NCBI GenBank assembly: GCA_050115495.1
Contig: JASFQK010000004.1
Coordinates: 125,609-189,608, forward strand
Direction of reading: 5' to 3'
DNA length: 64,000 nt
From: Phycisphaerae bacterium
GTDB lineage: Bacteria > Planctomycetota > Phycisphaerae > UBA1845 > Fen-1342
Below are positions 28,781 through 38,089 of the stretch, piece after piece. Position numbers and translations under genes: made by a program. Position 1 is the stretch's first letter. Each line of letters starts with the position of its first letter. Under the pieces are notes generated by a model. The model worked only from the letters and a program-made list of their open reading frames with translations, was not told where the DNA came from and ran no database searches.

Positions 28781-30301
28781 CTACGCCACCGCCCGGCCAC
28801 CACGCCGACGAGCCAGCAGCAACCCACCAAGCGCCAGCATCGCCACGGTCGACGGCTCCGGCACCTGCATCAGGAACAGCCGCTCGTACGACGTGCCGGC
28901 GTCCATCGGCAGTGTGCCGTCGGCGTCGTAGTAGCCGATGCCGGTAATCCAGCCGTCGTCGCTGATCGCGGCTGCCCACGACAGGACCCAGGGGCTGTCC
29001 GGATCGAGCAACGAGTTGAGGTCGACCAGCACATCATCCGGCGTCCACATGACGGCGTGATTGCGAAGAGCAGGGTAGTCTTCGGTGTAGGTCATGGAGC
29101 TACCGACGATGTAGCCGTCGCTGTTGATGTCATTCACCGTGGCCGAACCCTGTCCGTCGCTGTTCTCGTCGAGAACCGCAAGTTCGATCGGGTCCGTACT
29201 TCCGGCATCCCAACGCACGGCGCGAGTGCCACGGCTGGCACCGGTTGGATCGTACTTCGCCGAGGTGCCCGCGATGATCCCGGCATCGTTGATGGTCATT
29301 GCGGTCGAGGTACCCATGCCGCTGCCATCGGTTCCCAGGCAGCCCAGGTCCGTCGCGGTCGTGCCGCCGGCATCCCACCGAACGGCTCGGACGCCGAGGT
29401 AATCGCCCGAGTCGTAGAGACTTGCTTCCCCGACGATCGTACCGGAGTTGTTGATGTCCGTGGTTTTGGCGTCCGTCGAACCGTAGCTGCTTAACCCGAG
29501 GTTGCCGAGTTCGATCGCCGCCGTGTTGTCCGCGTCCCAGCGGATGGCACGAAATCCGCACATCGATCCGTCAACCCACTTCGCCCCTCTCCCGACGATC
29601 GTTCCGGCGTCGTTCATGCGCATCGCGTAGTTGTATGTGCTGCCGCTGTTGTTGGTACCGAGCGTTCCCAATTCGGTTACAGCGGTGCTGCCCGGCGCCC
29701 AACGCATGACACGCCAACCTCGGTCCATGCCATCCGTGTACTTCGAGCCGTGCCCGGCGATCATCCCGCTGCTGTTCACGGCAACGGCTTGATTGAACGA
29801 CCAGCCGGAGGCGTCCGTGCCGAGCGACTCCAACTCAACGGCCGTCGTGCTACCCGGATCCCAGCGCACGGGGCGGTTACCGCGCTCCTGCTGGGAGGAG
29901 TTGTACATCGAGGCATTGCCGACGATCGTTCCGGTGCCGTTCGTGGCGTATGCGAAGCTGTTGTAGTGGCCGTTGGCGTCAAAGCCGAGTCCGCCAAGTT
30001 CGCTGTAGCCGTTGGCGTCCCAGATCAAACCGTGTTTGCCAATACCCGAGCCGTTTACTGCGCGCTGAATGGCGGCGACGCCGTAACCGCTGCCGGCTGT
30101 GTACCCGGGACGCATGGCGAGCTCCGGCATGAAGTAGCCGTCAAAACCCACCGGATCGAGCGAAGGTCCGGGATGGAACAGCGACTCGGCGAGGGTGGGT
30201 GAGGCGCCAAGTGCAAGGGCGGCAATGGCGCCTCCCATCAGGACACGAGCAACGATACTCGACAACGGACTCACGTGTGGGTGGGTCAGGGAGCGACTCA
30301 C
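28781..30301 (-). CDS. PEP-CTERM surface protein with HAF-like extracellular beta-propeller repeats
   Basis: AGGAGG RBS + GTG; signal peptide; about 6 repeats RAVRW.....LG.LG...S.A..IN..G.I.G; C-terminal VPEPSTVAMLALGGLLLARRR. Confidence 0.88.
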   Translation of the reverse strand: MSRSLTHPHVSPLSSIVARVLMGGAIAALALGASPTLAESLFHPGPSLDPVGFDGYFMPELAMRPGYTAGSGYGVAAIQRAVNGSGIGKHGLIWDANGYSELGGLGFDANGHYNSFAYATNGTGTIVGNASMYNSSQQERGNRPVRWDPGSTTAVELESLGTDASGWSFNQAVAVNSSGMIAGHGSKYTDGMDRGWRVMRWAPGSTAVTELGTLGTNNSGSTYNYAMRMNDAGTIVGRGAKWVDGSMCGFRAIRWDADNTAAIELGNLGLSSYGSTDAKTTDINNSGTIVGEASLYDSGDYLGVRAVRWDAGGTTATDLGCLGTDGSGMGTSTAMTINDAGIIAGTSAKYDPTGASRGTRAVRWDAGSTDPIELAVLDENSDGQGSATVNDINSDGYIVGSSMTYTEDYPALRNHAVMWTPDDVLVDLNSLLDPDSPWVLSWAAAISDDGWITGIGYYDADGTLPMDAGTSYERLFLMQVPEPSTVAMLALGGLLLARRRGGRAVA

Positions 30302-30436
30302 TGAACTCCTCCTCTGCCCCTCTCCAGGGGCATTCTGCCAGAGACTGCGAGGGGCTGGCTTTCCCGTCCTCAGCCGACTGACCGCCTCACATGGTTGCGA
30401 GTCTACCGAGCGAGTCAGGGCCGAATCAACAGGAAA

Positions 30437-30461
30437 TGAGAATATTTTAAAAATATCCTCA
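30437..30461. promoter_or_regulatory. AT-rich palindromic operator candidate between divergent genes
   Basis: TGAGAATATTTT-A-AAAATATCCTCA: 12-bp arms, 1 mismatch. Confidence 0.6.
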
Positions 30462-30535
30462 GATCTGCATTGCGTTCCGGCCGGATTCGCGTAGGTTTAC
30501 TGGTATCTATGTATGTCCTAAACTGTGCACCGGTT

Positions 30536-31771
30536 ATGGAAATCGGCCCCAGACCTCTGGATGGGCGGGCGCGGGCTTTGCAGGCCAGTGCGATCGAGGT
30601 GGGTGGACGCCTGCGCTCGGCCATCGCCGACCTGCTGGATCGGCTGGCGGCTACGGGGGCCAGCAAGCAACAGCGCATTCAGTCGGCCTTGGACCTCAGC
30701 CAGTCGGTCACCAGTCGCCTGATCGCCTCCGTTCGGGTGGATGACCCCCTGGCCACGCTGGCGAGCGCCCCGGCTCCGGAGGGGTTGCGGAAGATGCTGC
30801 GCGGCGCGGCACGGGCGGGGATCGAGCAGGATTACCTGGATCAGTTGGATGCCGCCATCACGGACGTCGAGGGGTTGCTGGATGGCGAGATTGGCAACCG
30901 GCATTTCCTGGATGCTCTGCTGAGCGAGTGGGTGCCGGACTCGCGAGCCAGCTACGAACTGCGTCACAAGGCCGCCGGCTTCCGCACGATGACGGCGGTG
31001 CGCGGCGTGCAGGCGCGGGCGGTGATCGTGTCCGTCATCATCTATCCGGGCGGCGATGCGAGGGCCTACGATGCCATCGGGTTCGATGCACTGATCGGTT
31101 GTCGGCGTCTGCGTCCCAGCGCGGTTCTGCGCACGCTGACATCGCACCTGGCGCCCGCCACGTCAGGTTTCACCGTTTGCGGTGTGGACGACCGTCCGAT
31201 CACGGACATGCACAATACGTTCATTCCTGAATTCTCGACGATTCCGTGGGAGAGTCTGCAGTCACGGCGATACGACACGTTCATTGAGACGACAATCCAG
31301 GATCTGCCGCTTGGCAAAGGCAGGGGCGCCGATCTGGTCACGGGGCAGCGTTTTCACCATGCTCACCGGGTCTTCCGCGACGGCGGACCGCCCACCGCCG
31401 GGATCGGCGGACAGGCAGAACCGCCGGCCGAGGTTTTCCTCGTGGATGCCCTGCTGGACGATGATGTGTGGCCGGGTCAGAAACCGGAGCTGCGGCTGTT
31501 CGACACGGTCGTCCGCGGTATCACGCATCCGGACAATCCCCTTCGTCAAGCCGATCGGCTGGATATGCTCGAGTCCATCGTGTACCTGGGACGCGGCCTC
31601 GGCAACTTCCGCATCGCCGAGTTCCCTCGTTATTCAGAGCTCGTTCAGTATGGCTGCGACAAAGTCGGCCGGGATCCGCAACGGCTCCGTGGTTTTCGCT
31701 GCAAGATCCGCTATCCCATCTACGGCAGCCAGATCGGCTTGGCGTTTCCGTTGCCGGAAGCGCAGCCGTGA
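30536..31771 (+). CDS. Hypothetical cytoplasmic protein, possible regulator (start uncertain: 30509 or 30536)
   Basis: Long ORF with no signal peptide or TM; N-terminal helical segment QQRIQSALDLSQSVTSRLI resembles an HTH; divergent from the PEP-CTERM gene. Confidence 0.6.
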   Translation: MEIGPRPLDGRARALQASAIEVGGRLRSAIADLLDRLAATGASKQQRIQSALDLSQSVTSRLIASVRVDDPLATLASAPAPEGLRKMLRGAARAGIEQDYLDQLDAAITDVEGLLDGEIGNRHFLDALLSEWVPDSRASYELRHKAAGFRTMTAVRGVQARAVIVSVIIYPGGDARAYDAIGFDALIGCRRLRPSAVLRTLTSHLAPATSGFTVCGVDDRPITDMHNTFIPEFSTIPWESLQSRRYDTFIETTIQDLPLGKGRGADLVTGQRFHHAHRVFRDGGPPTAGIGGQAEPPAEVFLVDALLDDDVWPGQKPELRLFDTVVRGITHPDNPLRQADRLDMLESIVYLGRGLGNFRIAEFPRYSELVQYGCDKVGRDPQRLRGFRCKIRYPIYGSQIGLAFPLPEAQP

Positions 31772-32487
31772 GGAAGGTCTGCTGACCGGCCGGGCTGTTG
31801 CGTCATCCCTGGCCGAACGCTGTGCTGCACCTGGGCCAGCGTGTGCGGAGGTCGATCCAACGGGTTTCCCCGGTCGATGGAGTGAGCCCCGACTCCGGTG
31901 CCGGCAGTCGGGTTAGGCGCGACCGCCTTGCGCCGAGCCCGCAACCCTAGCCGGTGTACCCTGATGCAGCGGTAGAACGAAGGGGGTGCAGCGAGCTCCG
32001 AACAGCCCGGTTCGCGGAGCTGCGGCGTCCTCGCTTCCCTCAGTTCCGGAAGAACGGCTGGTGGTAGCCCATCACGCGGTGTTGGGTTTCGCGGCGACCG
32101 AGTCCCGGGGGGACGACTGAACGCCCCGCCACGCGGCACCGCCCCCCGGCGCGACGAGTTGCAGATCGCCGACCGTGCGTTACGGATCGTCTCAGACAGG
32201 ATAAGGACGTTCAGCTTGGTGTGTGACGAGGAAGCAGAATGTCCCCTGTTCCGGTGAACCGACGGCTGTGGGAAGACCGCCGCGTGTGGGGCACGCGCAG
32301 TCGGCGCAACCGCGCCGGGGTCCGTGTTAACACAACACATGTATCCTCTGTCGCAGAGCCGCCGACAGTCATAACAGATTGCGGATGATGGATGCTTGCG
32401 GTAGGGTATGCGCGCATCAGTGGTGCGGGCCACCGATCACTTCGATTCCCCGTCCGGGGATGCACTTGAGCCAAAGGAGGAATAGTC

Positions 32488-33321
32488 ATGTCAAAGCCAT
32501 ACCGCATCGCGCGCCTGGGCTGGCTGCCCGATCCGTTGGACCACCGTGATCTGCGTGTCCAATCGGCGACGGTGAAGACGGCACTGGAGAGAACCGCGAA
32601 GTTCGCGGCGAAGGGGGCCATCAAGGCCCGGGCCACTACGAAGTTGCCGCCCAGCGTCGACCTGTCCAGCGAATGCACGCGGATCGAGAACCAGGGTGAG
32701 ATCGGGTCGTGTACAGCCCACAGCGTCGTCGGACTGCTCGAATACCTGTGGAAGCAGACGTACGGCAAGGCGGTCGATGCCTCACGTCTGTTTGTCTACA
32801 AGGCTACACGCAACCTGCTGGGCTGGACCGGAGACACCGGCGCCTTCGTGCGCAGCACGATCAAGGCGGTACGGCTGTTCGGGGCCTGCCCGGAGGATTA
32901 CTGGCCCTATGACGAGCCGGCCTTCGACAACGAGCCGCCCGCGTTCTGCTACGCCTTCGCGCAGAACTTCAAGACGATCATCTACTACCGTCTCGAGGAG
33001 AAGGTGGACGCCCTGCGCGCCTCGCTGGCCCAGGGTGTGCCCTTCGCCTTCGGCTTCACGTGCTTCGAGTCGCTGTTCAACCCGGATGTGGAAGAGACCG
33101 GCGTGATCCCGTTCCCAGGGCCGAATGAGGCCGTCATCGGCGGTCACGCCATCATGGCCGTCGGGTACGAGCAGGCAAAAAAGCGTTTCATCATCCGCAA
33201 TAGCTGGGGCCGCGGCTGGGGTCGCAGGGGCTACGGCTACCTGCCCTATGCGTACGTCGAGCAGGGCCTCGCCGACGACTGCTGGTGCATCGTGAAGTCG
33301 CAGTACGAGGGGCTTGAGTAG
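32488..33321 (+). CDS. Papain-family (C1A) cysteine peptidase, xylellain-like
   Basis: AAGGAGG RBS; GWLPDPLDHRD, LPPSVDL, NQGEIGSCTAH (Gln/Cys), GGHAI (His), IRNSWG (Asn), GYGYLPY. Confidence 0.93.
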   Translation: MSKPYRIARLGWLPDPLDHRDLRVQSATVKTALERTAKFAAKGAIKARATTKLPPSVDLSSECTRIENQGEIGSCTAHSVVGLLEYLWKQTYGKAVDASRLFVYKATRNLLGWTGDTGAFVRSTIKAVRLFGACPEDYWPYDEPAFDNEPPAFCYAFAQNFKTIIYYRLEEKVDALRASLAQGVPFAFGFTCFESLFNPDVEETGVIPFPGPNEAVIGGHAIMAVGYEQAKKRFIIRNSWGRGWGRRGYGYLPYAYVEQGLADDCWCIVKSQYEGLE

Positions 33322-33564
33322 ACACGCCGCGGAGACATACGGACGCGTCGTTTTCCCGAAGTGCCCTGCGGGGGAGAAGGGGACTTGCGCCCATTCCGCA
33401 ATGAAAAAGTAGAATGTCCCCTTTTCTTTGTGTCCCCTTCCCGCTTGCGGGATCGCAGTGCGTGATTGGGCCCGCCGTGCGGCGGATGATTATTAGCTCG
33501 GCGGATGAGGAACTGGGGGGACCGCCAGCGCGGTTATTAGCTGGCGCAGCTCGGGAAAAATGAG

Positions 33565-33593
33565 TTGACGAGATTACAGAGGACACGTATACT
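33565..33593 (+). promoter_or_regulatory. Near-consensus sigma70 promoter of the RCC1-repeat gene
   Basis: TTGACG-N17-TATACT. Confidence 0.7.
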
Positions 33594-33770
33594 TAATCGC
33601 TCAGGAGATGAGAAAATAATAAGTAAGGTGCGCCGCCGGCCGTCTTGAGGCAGACCCCTGTGGATTTTCGGTCGCTGGCGCGCTGATGTGAGTGGAACGA
33701 GGCATAACGGATGCCGCCGAACGTGGAACGGGGGATGGGCCCGACGGGCTCAGGGTGGAGGAAAGTCTTG

Positions 33771-35777
33771 ATGAAAAGAACAGCCGTCGTAGCAGTGTGT
33801 GCGTGCCTGGTGCTGGGTCTGCTCGGAGCAACCGCCGCTCCAGCCCAAACCGTGGAGGGAAGGGTCCACTCGTGGGGCACGCAGGTTGTCGGGCCCGATC
33901 ATTCCCAGGGCATCGCGCGAATCTCCGCCGGTCTCTGGCATACCATGGCGCTTCGGGACGACGGTACGCTGGTTGGCTGGGGCTGGAATAGCTACGGTCA
34001 ATGCGTCGTGCCGGGCGTCAATGCCGATTTTATCGACGTCCAAGCTGGAGCGAACCACAGTATCGCCCTGAAGAGCGATGGCACGGTCGTTGTCTGGGGC
34101 GGCGAGTTGTACGGCGAGAACGCCACGCCCTCGCCGAACGAGGACTTCATCGCCATCTCGACCCACAGCAACCACAACCTCGCCCTCAAGTCCGATGGGT
34201 CGATCGTTGCCTGGGGTAACAACGCCACCGGCCAATGTGACGTGCCCGAGCCCAACACCGATTTCATCGCGATCGCGGCGGGGCATGGACACAGCCTCGG
34301 CATCAAATCGAATGGATCCATTGTCGCCTGGGGCGCGGGTGACGAACCGGGCGAAGGCTACGAACAGTGCGTCGTCCCGACGGATCCACCCAACGAGAAC
34401 TACGTCGCCATCGCCGCCGGCGGCGGCCAGAGTGTTGGTCTGAAGGCCGACGGCTCCGTGGTGATGTGGGGCTACGACGTGCTCGGCATGGGCAATATTC
34501 CCGAGCCGAACAGCGGCTTTGTTGCGATCGGTTGCGGCTGGGTGCACAACGTTCTTCTGCGTGACGACGGCACGGTCGTGGCGCTCGGCGCCGGACAGCC
34601 CGGCGACCCATACGGCCTGCCGCGCTATGGTCAGTGCAACATCCCGGAACCAAATGCCGACTTCGTCGACGTTACGGCGGGGCCGTACACGAGCGTCGGC
34701 CTGAAGTCCGACGGCTCCATGGTGATGTGGGGCCTGAACGAGGACGGCGAGTGCGACGTGCCGGCGCCGAACGCCGACTTCGCCGCGGTTTCCGGCGGCT
34801 CGGGCCACACGCTCGGCCTGCGTGACGACGGGTCGATTGCGACGTGGGGAATGAGGAGCCGGGGCATGTGCGACTTCGACCCGCAGACCACGGGCTATGT
34901 CGCGGTCTCGGGTGGCAACTACCACAGCCTTGCGTTGACGTCCGACGGCGAGATCGTCGCGTTGGGCGCCGGCCAGGACGCGAGCGGTTTCCCCAACCAC
35001 GGGCAGTGCATGGTGCCGTCGCCCAACACGGACTTCGTCGCCATCGAGGCAGGGAGTGTGCACAGTCTCGGCTTGAAATCCGACGGGACGGTCGTGGCCT
35101 TTGGTGACTCGCAATATGGGCAGACCACGGTGCCGTCGCCCAACGCGGACTTCGCGGCCATCGCGGCCGGTGCCTGGCACAACCTCGGTCTGAAGACTGA
35201 CGGCACCGTCGTGGCCTGGGGTGCCGGTGGTCCCGGCATGTCGGGTTCACCGCACTACGAGCAGTCGGTCGTGCCGGTGATCACGGGCGAAGTCGTCGCG
35301 ATTGCGGCCGGTTGGCATCACAGTCTTGCCCTGAAGTCGGATGGATCGATCGTGGCCTGGGGCCTGAACGAGCTCGGTCAGTGTGATGTACCGGCACCGA
35401 ACGCGGACTTCGTGGCCATCGCCGCGGGGTACGCCCACAGTGTGGGCCTGAAATCGGACGGATCGATCGTGGCCTGGGGTGACAACCAGTACGGACAATG
35501 CACGGTCCCGGAGCCCAACAACAACTGGGTGGCGATTGACACCGCCAGCAACTTCACCCTCGGCATCAAAGGGCCTGGCTTCCCGCTGGGCGACCTCAAC
35601 TGCGACGGGGCCGTCGACAACTTCGACATCAGCCCCTTCGTCCTGGCCGTGACCAACCCGACGGCCTACGCCGACCAGTACCCCGATTGCGACGTATTCA
35701 ACGCCGATATCAACGGCGACGGCGACGTGAACAACTTCGACATCAGTCCGTTCGTGAGTTTGCTCACCGGCGGCTAA
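33771..35777 (+). CDS. Secreted RCC1/BLIP-II repeat beta-propeller protein with C-terminal dockerin-like domain
   Basis: Signal peptide; about 14 repeats [31 protein letters not shown]-terminal [17 protein letters not shown]...[17 protein letters not shown]. Confidence 0.9.
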   Translation: MKRTAVVAVCACLVLGLLGATAAPAQTVEGRVHSWGTQVVGPDHSQGIARISAGLWHTMALRDDGTLVGWGWNSYGQCVVPGVNADFIDVQAGANHSIALKSDGTVVVWGGELYGENATPSPNEDFIAISTHSNHNLALKSDGSIVAWGNNATGQCDVPEPNTDFIAIAAGHGHSLGIKSNGSIVAWGAGDEPGEGYEQCVVPTDPPNENYVAIAAGGGQSVGLKADGSVVMWGYDVLGMGNIPEPNSGFVAIGCGWVHNVLLRDDGTVVALGAGQPGDPYGLPRYGQCNIPEPNADFVDVTAGPYTSVGLKSDGSMVMWGLNEDGECDVPAPNADFAAVSGGSGHTLGLRDDGSIATWGMRSRGMCDFDPQTTGYVAVSGGNYHSLALTSDGEIVALGAGQDASGFPNHGQCMVPSPNTDFVAIEAGSVHSLGLKSDGTVVAFGDSQYGQTTVPSPNADFAAIAAGAWHNLGLKTDGTVVAWGAGGPGMSGSPHYEQSVVPVITGEVVAIAAGWHHSLALKSDGSIVAWGLNELGQCDVPAPNADFVAIAAGYAHSVGLKSDGSIVAWGDNQYGQCTVPEPNNNWVAIDTASNFTLGIKGPGFPLGDLNCDGAVDNFDISPFVLAVTNPTAYADQYPDCDVFNADINGDGDVNNFDISPFVSLLTGG

Positions 35778-35868
35778 TCACCCCGCCGAGGTAACGGGCC
35801 TTCCGGCCCTTCGATTCGACTCCCAAGCGGCGGGCCCCGGCCCGCCGCTCTCTTGCGCCGCCGCTTCT

Positions 35869-36150
35869 GGTCCCGGCAGGACGGCTGATTGCAGCCCAGC
35901 AGGAACCGCCGGAACCCCGGCCGGCGCCCCTCTCGTTCTTAGTCCCGGCCGGACGAGTGAACGGCCCGCCGTGCGGAATTGGGGCGTCCTCGTTCCTCTC
36001 CGTCCCGGCGGGATCGCTGCTGGCAACCGCGCGTGCAGGGTTGAGGCGTCCCCGCCCCTCTTAGTCCCGAAGGGACGACTGATTGTAGCCCAGCACGAAG
36101 TGCTGGGTCTCGCGGCGCCCCCTCTCCCCCCGAGTCCCGGCGGGACGACT
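35869..36150 (+). repeat. Cluster of AGTCCCG-N-GGGACGACT palindromic repeats (REP-like family C)
   Basis: GTCCCGGCAGGACGGCTGATTGCAGCCC, AGTCCCGGCCGGACGAGT, AGTCCCGAAGGGACGACTGATTGTAGCCCAGCACGAAGTGCTGGG, AGTCCCGGCGGGACGACT; another copy at 32101-32121. Confidence 0.65.
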
Positions 36151-36331
36151 ACGCCCCGCCGCGCGTCAGCCCTCTCAGCGTGAGGAGTTGCAGATCATGG
36201 ACCACGCGCTGCGCGCCGTCTCGGAGAAGGGGGGCACTCGATGTCTCACGCGGCGACAGAGCACAACTTGCCCGACTCTCCCCATGACATACGCGCTGCA
36301 CCCGCGAAGCTGACACGTGGCCGAGTGCATG

Positions 36332-38089
36332 CTATGTCACGACTTTGAATCCCCAGGCCTTCCACGTTGAAGAGTGCTTCACGAAATGGCCTTCCGGCAG
36401 CGCTACAAGGAGCACGTGACGCGCTCTGGTCATCGCGACGTACGCCAGGCGCCTGTCCTCCGAGTTGTCGTTCTGCTGCACCGCTGTTACCACGGCATTC
36501 CAGAACTTGGCGCTGCCAATGACCAGCACCGCGTCGATGCTCTCTCCCTTGACCTGGTGAATCGTGTCCTGTCGAATCAAGGGAAAAGCGTCCCGTGCCT
36601 CGAATAATGGTAGCGCCATCTGCTCGTTTGTGAGCCCCTTCTTGTTGATCTGATTCCCCAGCTTTGCGTTACACGTGACGCCGAGTTCCTTGATGAGCGA
36701 CGTCACACCTGTTCTGACGCGGTCGATCCACTGCGTGCCGAGCTGAGAGACTGGCGCAAGACGCTCTGGGTCTTTCATGAATCGCCACATTGACAATGCC
36801 GCGGCGATCGCCCTTGGCGAGTCCGGCGTCTCGTCTAGTTCGGTCCAGAGCGGATCATCGCCTGCCAGATCGCGTACGAGTCTCACCACGATTTGAAATG
36901 CCCCACGATAATCACGGCGCCCATCGCGGAGAAACGCCGCGGTCGCAAGCTCCTTCGCCTTGCCTTGCAGCTTTCCGTAGTTGACTTTGCCTCGGATTGA
37001 CTCCAGCTGGCTGTGGGCTCTGCAGAGCACTGCGCTGGCATCCAAAGCAAGTCTGGCCCGCTTGGTCAGCGCTTCGAACACCTCAAGCGCGTCATCGAAT
37101 GTCGGTGATCCTGTCTTGACAATGAACGCACCACGTGATTCACATCCGGCATTCCCACTGCCAGTGAATGCCGGATTTCCACCGACGTGCCGGGCCGCCG
37201 CTGCGATCGTGTTATTGCAGCGGAACGACTGGCTCAGTGGTTTCTCTGGAATGGACCACTTGGCCTTCAGGTTAGGCAGCGACGTAGCGTCAGCCATACT
37301 GAATTCGAAGATGCATTGATCTGGGTCGCCGATAAGTGTGACTTTCGCCCCCTTCTCGCGGATGAAGTTCAGTAGCACCAGCAGCCAAGCGTTGCAGTCC
37401 TGTGCCTCGTCTACGACAATCTCAGGGAACCGTCTTGCCAGTAGCCGCGCGAGGTGAGGTCGATCGAACAAGAGCTTGCAGGCCCAGAAGACGCGCTGTG
37501 CATGCGTGTAATAGCCGAGAGAGAGCAATTCCCGCACGCAGGCTCCCGCAGCGCGATCGAGATCCTTGCCTCCGTATACCCTTGTCGTTTTGAACCGCAA
37601 CTTGTTGTTGTCCGGGTATGGAACAATGTCCCAGGCAGGGATCGGTATCCTCCGTCGTTCCGTCGCATCCATCCACGCCTTCAGCTTCCCGTTACCCCAA
37701 TCGCCTGGGCGTGGCCCTGGAAACAGGCGTGGCCGCCTCAGGTCGCCGGTGAGCAGATGGCCGAACGGTGCGAGCACGTAGCGTTCGACAAAAGAGTCAA
37801 ACGTGCCGACATAGTTGGGATCCGATAGAAGATCCCGTCGTCCAATGGCCGCAGTCGCCGCTTGGAACTCGCGGATAGCCACGTTTGTGAATGATAGGAG
37901 CGCAAGGCCGCCGGCCCGGTACGGCCAATTGGCACCACGCCAGATGAACCTGCGACACGAAGTCCACGTCTTGCCGCTGCCAGGGGCTGCCCGCAAGAGA
38001 AACTCGAGCTCTTCAGCGAAAATCGCCTCGCGCTGCTGTTCGGTCGGGTCTTGAGAGAGGATAGCCTGACGCAGGGCTTGAGTTATCAT
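36332..38089 (-). CDS. gajB: UvrD/PcrA-like helicase, Gabija GajB-like
   Basis: AAPGSGKT, LSFTNVA, GTFDSF, VVDEAQD, IGDPDQCIFEF, SFRC, TIHQVKGES, LAYVAMTRAR; ATGA overlap with the upstream OLD nuclease. Confidence 0.8.
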   Translation of the reverse strand: MITQALRQAILSQDPTEQQREAIFAEELEFLLRAAPGSGKTWTSCRRFIWRGANWPYRAGGLALLSFTNVAIREFQAATAAIGRRDLLSDPNYVGTFDSFVERYVLAPFGHLLTGDLRRPRLFPGPRPGDWGNGKLKAWMDATERRRIPIPAWDIVPYPDNNKLRFKTTRVYGGKDLDRAAGACVRELLSLGYYTHAQRVFWACKLLFDRPHLARLLARRFPEIVVDEAQDCNAWLLVLLNFIREKGAKVTLIGDPDQCIFEFSMADATSLPNLKAKWSIPEKPLSQSFRCNNTIAAAARHVGGNPAFTGSGNAGCESRGAFIVKTGSPTFDDALEVFEALTKRARLALDASAVLCRAHSQLESIRGKVNYGKLQGKAKELATAAFLRDGRRDYRGAFQIVVRLVRDLAGDDPLWTELDETPDSPRAIAAALSMWRFMKDPERLAPVSQLGTQWIDRVRTGVTSLIKELGVTCNAKLGNQINKKGLTNEQMALPLFEARDAFPLIRQDTIHQVKGESIDAVLVIGSAKFWNAVVTAVQQNDNSEDRRLAYVAMTRARHVLLVALPEGHFVKHSSTWKAWGFKVVT

